Source: Candidatus Nomurabacteria bacterium (GTDB lineage Bacteria > Patescibacteriota > Minisyncoccia > Phycocordibacterales > UBA2100). Taken from it: a stretch of DNA of 64,000 nt. The notes under the pieces are model-generated. The model was given only the letters and a program-made list of their open reading frames with translations. It made no database searches and was not told the origin of the DNA. Both the position numbers and the translations under genes were made by a program. Within the stretch, counting starts at the first letter, position 1. Every line of letters begins with the position of its first letter. The stretch covers positions 78,891 through 142,890 of the forward strand of contig CALRFU010000001.1 in assembly GCA_943356775.1 (NCBI GenBank), read 5' to 3'. Positions 57,652-64,000 of this stretch are shown here, one piece after another.

Positions 57652-57710
57652 TAGCCTAGCGAGGTGAGAGGAGCGAGAACTTGTTCTCGCATCCCTACGA
57701 GCGACGGCTA
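57652..57710. repeat. Intergenic palindromic element upstream of zwf
   Basis: TAGCC...GGCTA ends enclosing GCGAGAAC-TT-GTTCTCGC. Confidence 0.45.
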
Positions 57711-57724
57711 AACGGACAGAGTGA

Positions 57725-58369
57725 CTACACCTCATCAAGGTCCCCCACGATTTCTCTAAGCTCTTCCCGAAGAGATGCCGCTGTTGTGAATAAAATCGTC
57801 GAGAAACCGAGGGCCTGAGCCGCCGCTATATTGATATCTGAGTCGTCGATAAACAAACATTTTTCCGGAGTCGTCTTTAATTGCGTAAGTACTGCCTTGT
57901 ATGTACGCGGGTCCGGCTTCGACGCGCCTATATCGTACGAATATACGCGAGTGTCGAACAGTTCCTGGAAATTGAATTTCTCTTCGCAGTGGTCTATCCA
58001 CTCCTTCGCATGATTAGAAAGGATGGCGAGCTTGTAGCCGAGGTTCCGGAGTTGAATCACGACGTCACGCGTACCTTCCACCTCGAGAAAATTTTCACGA
58101 ATATGCTCTTTGAGCCACGCACTATCTCCTATCTGCGGATACCTCTCCACGACATCACGCACGTACTCGTCTTCGCTCACCGTACCGTGGAAAAATTCTT
58201 TCACGAGCGGAGTGAGGAGCGGATGCTTCTCCTGCGCCCAGTCCATCTTCGGGCCCGATATTTCGAGCTGATGCTTTTCGCGTAGCGCGAGGCCGGTGTC
58301 TTTGACACCCGTGAGCAACACCTCCGAGAGGTCGAAGATGATGTGCTCTATTACGCTGTCTTTTTTCAT
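57725..58369 (-). CDS. HAD family phosphatase
   Basis: IFDLSEVL, ILSN, SKPDP, FIDD...N. Confidence 0.88.
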   Translation of the reverse strand: MKKDSVIEHIIFDLSEVLLTGVKDTGLALREKHQLEISGPKMDWAQEKHPLLTPLVKEFFHGTVSEDEYVRDVVERYPQIGDSAWLKEHIRENFLEVEGTRDVVIQLRNLGYKLAILSNHAKEWIDHCEEKFNFQELFDTRVYSYDIGASKPDPRTYKAVLTQLKTTPEKCLFIDDSDINIAAAQALGFSTILFTTAASLREELREIVGDLDEV

Positions 58370-58376
58370 TGGCAGA

Positions 58377-59006
58377 TTAGAGTTTGAGCTTCTCCGGATT
58401 CGTTGCACGTATCGTTTTTTCTAAAACGTTCCCCTTTTCATCAACTTCATAACAAAAGACTTCTCCCGTGCCGAATTCGAGCGTGCCGACACCTTCGTCA
58501 CTCATATCTTCCAAATATTTCACGAAAGCGCGGAGAGAGTTACCGTGCGCGACGACAAGCACATTCTTTCCTACGACAAGTTCCGGAAGAATGTGGTCCG
58601 TGTAGTACGGGACGACTCTGTTGTAGACATCCTTCATCGTCTCGCCTCCCTCGACAGGATGGTCCCAGCTGCGTCGTATCCGTTGGAATTCCTCCTCACC
58701 TATCTCCTTTTTGACCTCCCATTTGTTCTTGCCTGTATGCACGCCGTAACTCCGCTCGTTGAGAGCCGCGTGGCGTTTCGGCTCAATAGCACCTCCCAGA
58801 ACCATCCTGATTTCTTGGAATGTTTCGTGCGCACGCTTGAGCATTGATACATGTACGCTGTCAATACGGATATCTTTGATGGCATCTCCCGCCCGGCGCG
58901 CTTCTTCGAAACCTTCCTCGGCGAGATTTACATCAGTCTGTCCCGTCCACTTTCCAAGCTTATTCCATTCTGAGACACCGTGCCGGACCAATACGAGATA
59001 CGCCAT
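58377..59006 (-). CDS. gpmA: 2,3-bisphosphoglycerate-dependent phosphoglycerate mutase
   Basis: LVRHG.SEWN, LNER.YG, RRSWD, AHGNSLR. Confidence 0.94.
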   Translation of the reverse strand: MAYLVLVRHGVSEWNKLGKWTGQTDVNLAEEGFEEARRAGDAIKDIRIDSVHVSMLKRAHETFQEIRMVLGGAIEPKRHAALNERSYGVHTGKNKWEVKKEIGEEEFQRIRRSWDHPVEGGETMKDVYNRVVPYYTDHILPELVVGKNVLVVAHGNSLRAFVKYLEDMSDEGVGTLEFGTGEVFCYEVDEKGNVLEKTIRATNPEKLKL

Positions 59007-59014
59007 AGATACAG

Positions 59015-61656
<2,642 letters not shown>

Positions 61657-61707
61657 AGAATTTTGAATCAGGAATTACTGATTGTATCGCGCCCACACCG
61701 GGAACGA

Positions 61708-61989
61708 TTATTTTTGAGAACCGGAATTGGTGTCGTCTTCGTCGACCGGTCCGATGACTCCGAGTACCCACTTTTCTATCTTCTCCAGTATCGCGTGAGT
61801 TTTTGGATACCGCACCGTATGCACTATTGCCCAGGCGCGGAAGCGTGGAGAAGAAATCGAGAGGAGGATGAATCCGACGGCGAGAAACAAAAACCCTTGG
61901 AGAAACGGGAGTGCGAGACCGATGAGGCCAAGCACGATGAACACAACGCCGGCGAAGACAACGAGGATACGTTTAAATTCTCTATTCAT
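61708..61989 (-). CDS. Small membrane protein (PGPGW/DUF454-like)
   Basis: G..FIVLG.IGL.LP.LQG hairpin-membrane motif. Confidence 0.65.
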   Translation of the reverse strand: MNREFKRILVVFAGVVFIVLGLIGLALPFLQGFLFLAVGFILLSISSPRFRAWAIVHTVRYPKTHAILEKIEKWVLGVIGPVDEDDTNSGSQK

Positions 61990-62067
61990 CTGATTTAGCA
62001 AAATCACGTCGCGTACTGTCCTTTAAAACGCGACAATTAGAGTTTACACCAAAAAGGCTGCGGTCTT

Positions 62068-62226
62068 CTACCTCTCCTCCGCTTTGTAGATGCACTTGAT
62101 GCACTTGGTCTGATTCTCACGTGTCTTGATGTACTTGTTGCCGCACGCACAGACCGGGATATGCGTCAAAAAAGGCTTTTCTACCCATTTGCCGTGCTTT
62201 TGGAACGTTTTCGACGGGAGATTCAT
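62068..62226 (-). CDS. Small putative zinc-finger protein
   Basis: CACGNKYIKTR..Q.KCIKC in 52 aa. Confidence 0.6.
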   Translation of the reverse strand: MNLPSKTFQKHGKWVEKPFLTHIPVCACGNKYIKTRENQTKCIKCIYKAEER

Positions 62227-62284
62227 ATGTGCAACAATACCACGTCTTGAGACAAAAATCAAATGGCATGCTATATATTCTCAG

Positions 62285-63532
62285 ATGCAGAAGGATGCTA
62301 AGAGATACGATGTCATCGTCATAGGCGGCGGAGCCTCAGGAATGATGGCCGCCGGTCGCGCAGCGGAACGGGGTAAATCAGTCTTACTCCTGGAGAAAAA
62401 CGCGGCTGTCGGCAAAAAATTGGACATCACGGGCGGTGGCCGGTGCAACATCACGAATGCGGAATTCGACCGGCGCGCATTTGCCAAGCACTACGGCGCG
62501 GCCGAGCAGTTTCTCTATTCCCCACTCTCGCAATTCGGCGTGCAAGACACCTTCGACTTTTTTGCGAAGCGCGGACTTCCGCTCGTCGTCGAGGCGCGTA
62601 AGCGGGCATTTCCGGAAACACAAAAATCACCCGACGTCACATGCCTCATGAAAAAATATCTGACTGATACGGGTGTGGTCGTGATGAACCGGGCTGCCGT
62701 CAAGGGACTCACGATAGTGCGTAACCGTATAGAAGAGGCAAAAACAACCCAGGGCACATTCGCGGCGGATACATTTGTCATATCCACCGGCGGCGTCTCG
62801 CATCCGGAGACAGGTTCGACAGGCGACGGATTCAAGTGGCTCACCGAGCTCGGGCATTCTGTGAAGGCTTCGACTCCCACCATCGTGCCGCTGAAAATAA
62901 AAGAGAGCTGGGTAAAATCGCTTGCGGGCGTCTCGCTCTCGTTTATGAAAATTGTCTTTTTTGCCGATGGAAAACGCGCATTCTCAAAGACCGGAAAGAT
63001 TCTTTTCACTCATTTCGGACTCTCCGGACCTCTCATATTAAACAGTGCAAGCGAAGTTGCTGAATTGCTGAAATACGCCGAGGTCACGGCAACTATCGAC
63101 ATGTACCCCGACACTGATTTCGCAGCGCTCGAGCGGCAAATCATCGCAAAGATAGACGCCAACAAGAACAAGGATTTCAAAAATGTACTTGCAGAAGTCG
63201 TCCCGCACGGATTGGCAAAAACAATCCTCGAACTACTGACGCTGCCCAATGAAAACATAAAAGCTCACAGCGTGACCAAAGAAGAGCGCAAGCGTCTTAT
63301 TCATATATTGAAAGGAGCGCCTCTCACGATTTCTGGCCTTATGGGTTTCGACCGTGCAGTCATTTCCGACGGCGGCGTGCCCCTTACCGAAGTAGACACA
63401 CGCACGATGCGCTCGCTAGTAGTCGAGAATCTCTATCTCACCGGCGACGTGCTCCATATCAATCGTCCATCGGGTGGCTACTCACTCCAGCTCTGCTGGA
63501 CTACCGGATATGTCGCGGGCAACAACGTCTAA
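62285..63532 (+). CDS. NAD(P)/FAD-dependent oxidoreductase, HI0933/BaiN family
   Basis: GGGASG, GKKL.ITGGGRCN.TN, TGG.S.P.TGSTGDG, LFTHFG.SGP, GGY.LQ. Confidence 0.95.
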   Translation: MQKDAKRYDVIVIGGGASGMMAAGRAAERGKSVLLLEKNAAVGKKLDITGGGRCNITNAEFDRRAFAKHYGAAEQFLYSPLSQFGVQDTFDFFAKRGLPLVVEARKRAFPETQKSPDVTCLMKKYLTDTGVVVMNRAAVKGLTIVRNRIEEAKTTQGTFAADTFVISTGGVSHPETGSTGDGFKWLTELGHSVKASTPTIVPLKIKESWVKSLAGVSLSFMKIVFFADGKRAFSKTGKILFTHFGLSGPLILNSASEVAELLKYAEVTATIDMYPDTDFAALERQIIAKIDANKNKDFKNVLAEVVPHGLAKTILELLTLPNENIKAHSVTKEERKRLIHILKGAPLTISGLMGFDRAVISDGGVPLTEVDTRTMRSLVVENLYLTGDVLHINRPSGGYSLQLCWTTGYVAGNNV

Positions 63533-63560
63533 ATTATAAGGCTTAGAAAAATTACATTGT

Positions 63561-64000
63561 ATGATATTAAGAAAGAACGTAGCGGTCTCGATGGCAGGGG
63601 CGCCATTTGTGCTGTCGTTTGCTCTCGACGGTGCCGCCTCAGCATTAACAACTTCGTGTATGGGTGTGCCGGCTGCTGCGAGCGTTGCATGGACGGCGTC
63701 TTCTGCAGGCGGCATTGCTCCGGTCGCATTCCTATGGGGAAACGGAAGCGCGTCTACAACTCAAACCATTGCCGTCTCGCCAGGAACCCACTCAATAACG
63801 CTTCAAGCAACTGACGCATCGTCCACGGTGGCAACAATGACGTGTTCGGCTACAGTAACCGTTGCGGCAACGACAACGCCGACCACCAGTATCAATCCGC
63901 AAATTCAAGCGAGACCTCCGCAGCGGACATAGGGTGATGATGTGAAAGAGCCCCAGCGCATGCTCGCATCAGATTCATCCGTCTTTCCACCAGGACTTAT
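63561..64000 (+). pseudogene. Probable disrupted surface protein with peptidoglycan-binding domain (partial)
   Basis: Ig/PKD-like Thr-rich ORF stops at TAG 63930-63932, but the frame continues GDDVKEPQRMLASDSSVFPPGL (PG_binding_1-like). Confidence 0.55.

Noticed and set aside
63930-63932. Stop-codon reassignment (alternative genetic code)
   Set aside because: TAG, TGA and TAA all terminate well-conserved genes at the expected positions.

Overview
Bacterial chromosomal DNA in standard genetic code 11. Gene content and style strongly suggest a Patescibacteria/CPR organism (Parcubacteria-like); this is an inference. The window carries replication and repair genes (dnaB, recR, rmuC, uvrABC), translation genes (rplU, yqeY, tyrS, lysS, tRNA-Ala(UGC)), cell-wall genes (ddl, murB, dgkA-PAP2-uppP), tdh-kbl, carAB, pyrB, purF, a transcarbamylase, an FMN-riboswitch-controlled rib operon, MacAB-type ABC and RND exporters, zwf-gnd, gpmA and eno. 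Top observations: (1) A YerC/HisR (TrpR-family) repressor gene upstream of hisG appears to double as a histidine attenuator leader. Its only two His codons sit just before its stop, and its last codons form an 11-bp antiterminator against a downstream terminator. A HisR-like operator also overlaps its promoter. (2) Short REP-like palindromic elements are inserted in frame in uvrC, uvrA, msrA, lysS and eno, and are nested inside each other at several sites. (3) A uORF plus double-terminator leader precedes carAB. (4) Most genes look leaderless, in contrast with an SD-bearing hisG/arg-like block. No CRISPR array, rRNA or transposase was seen.
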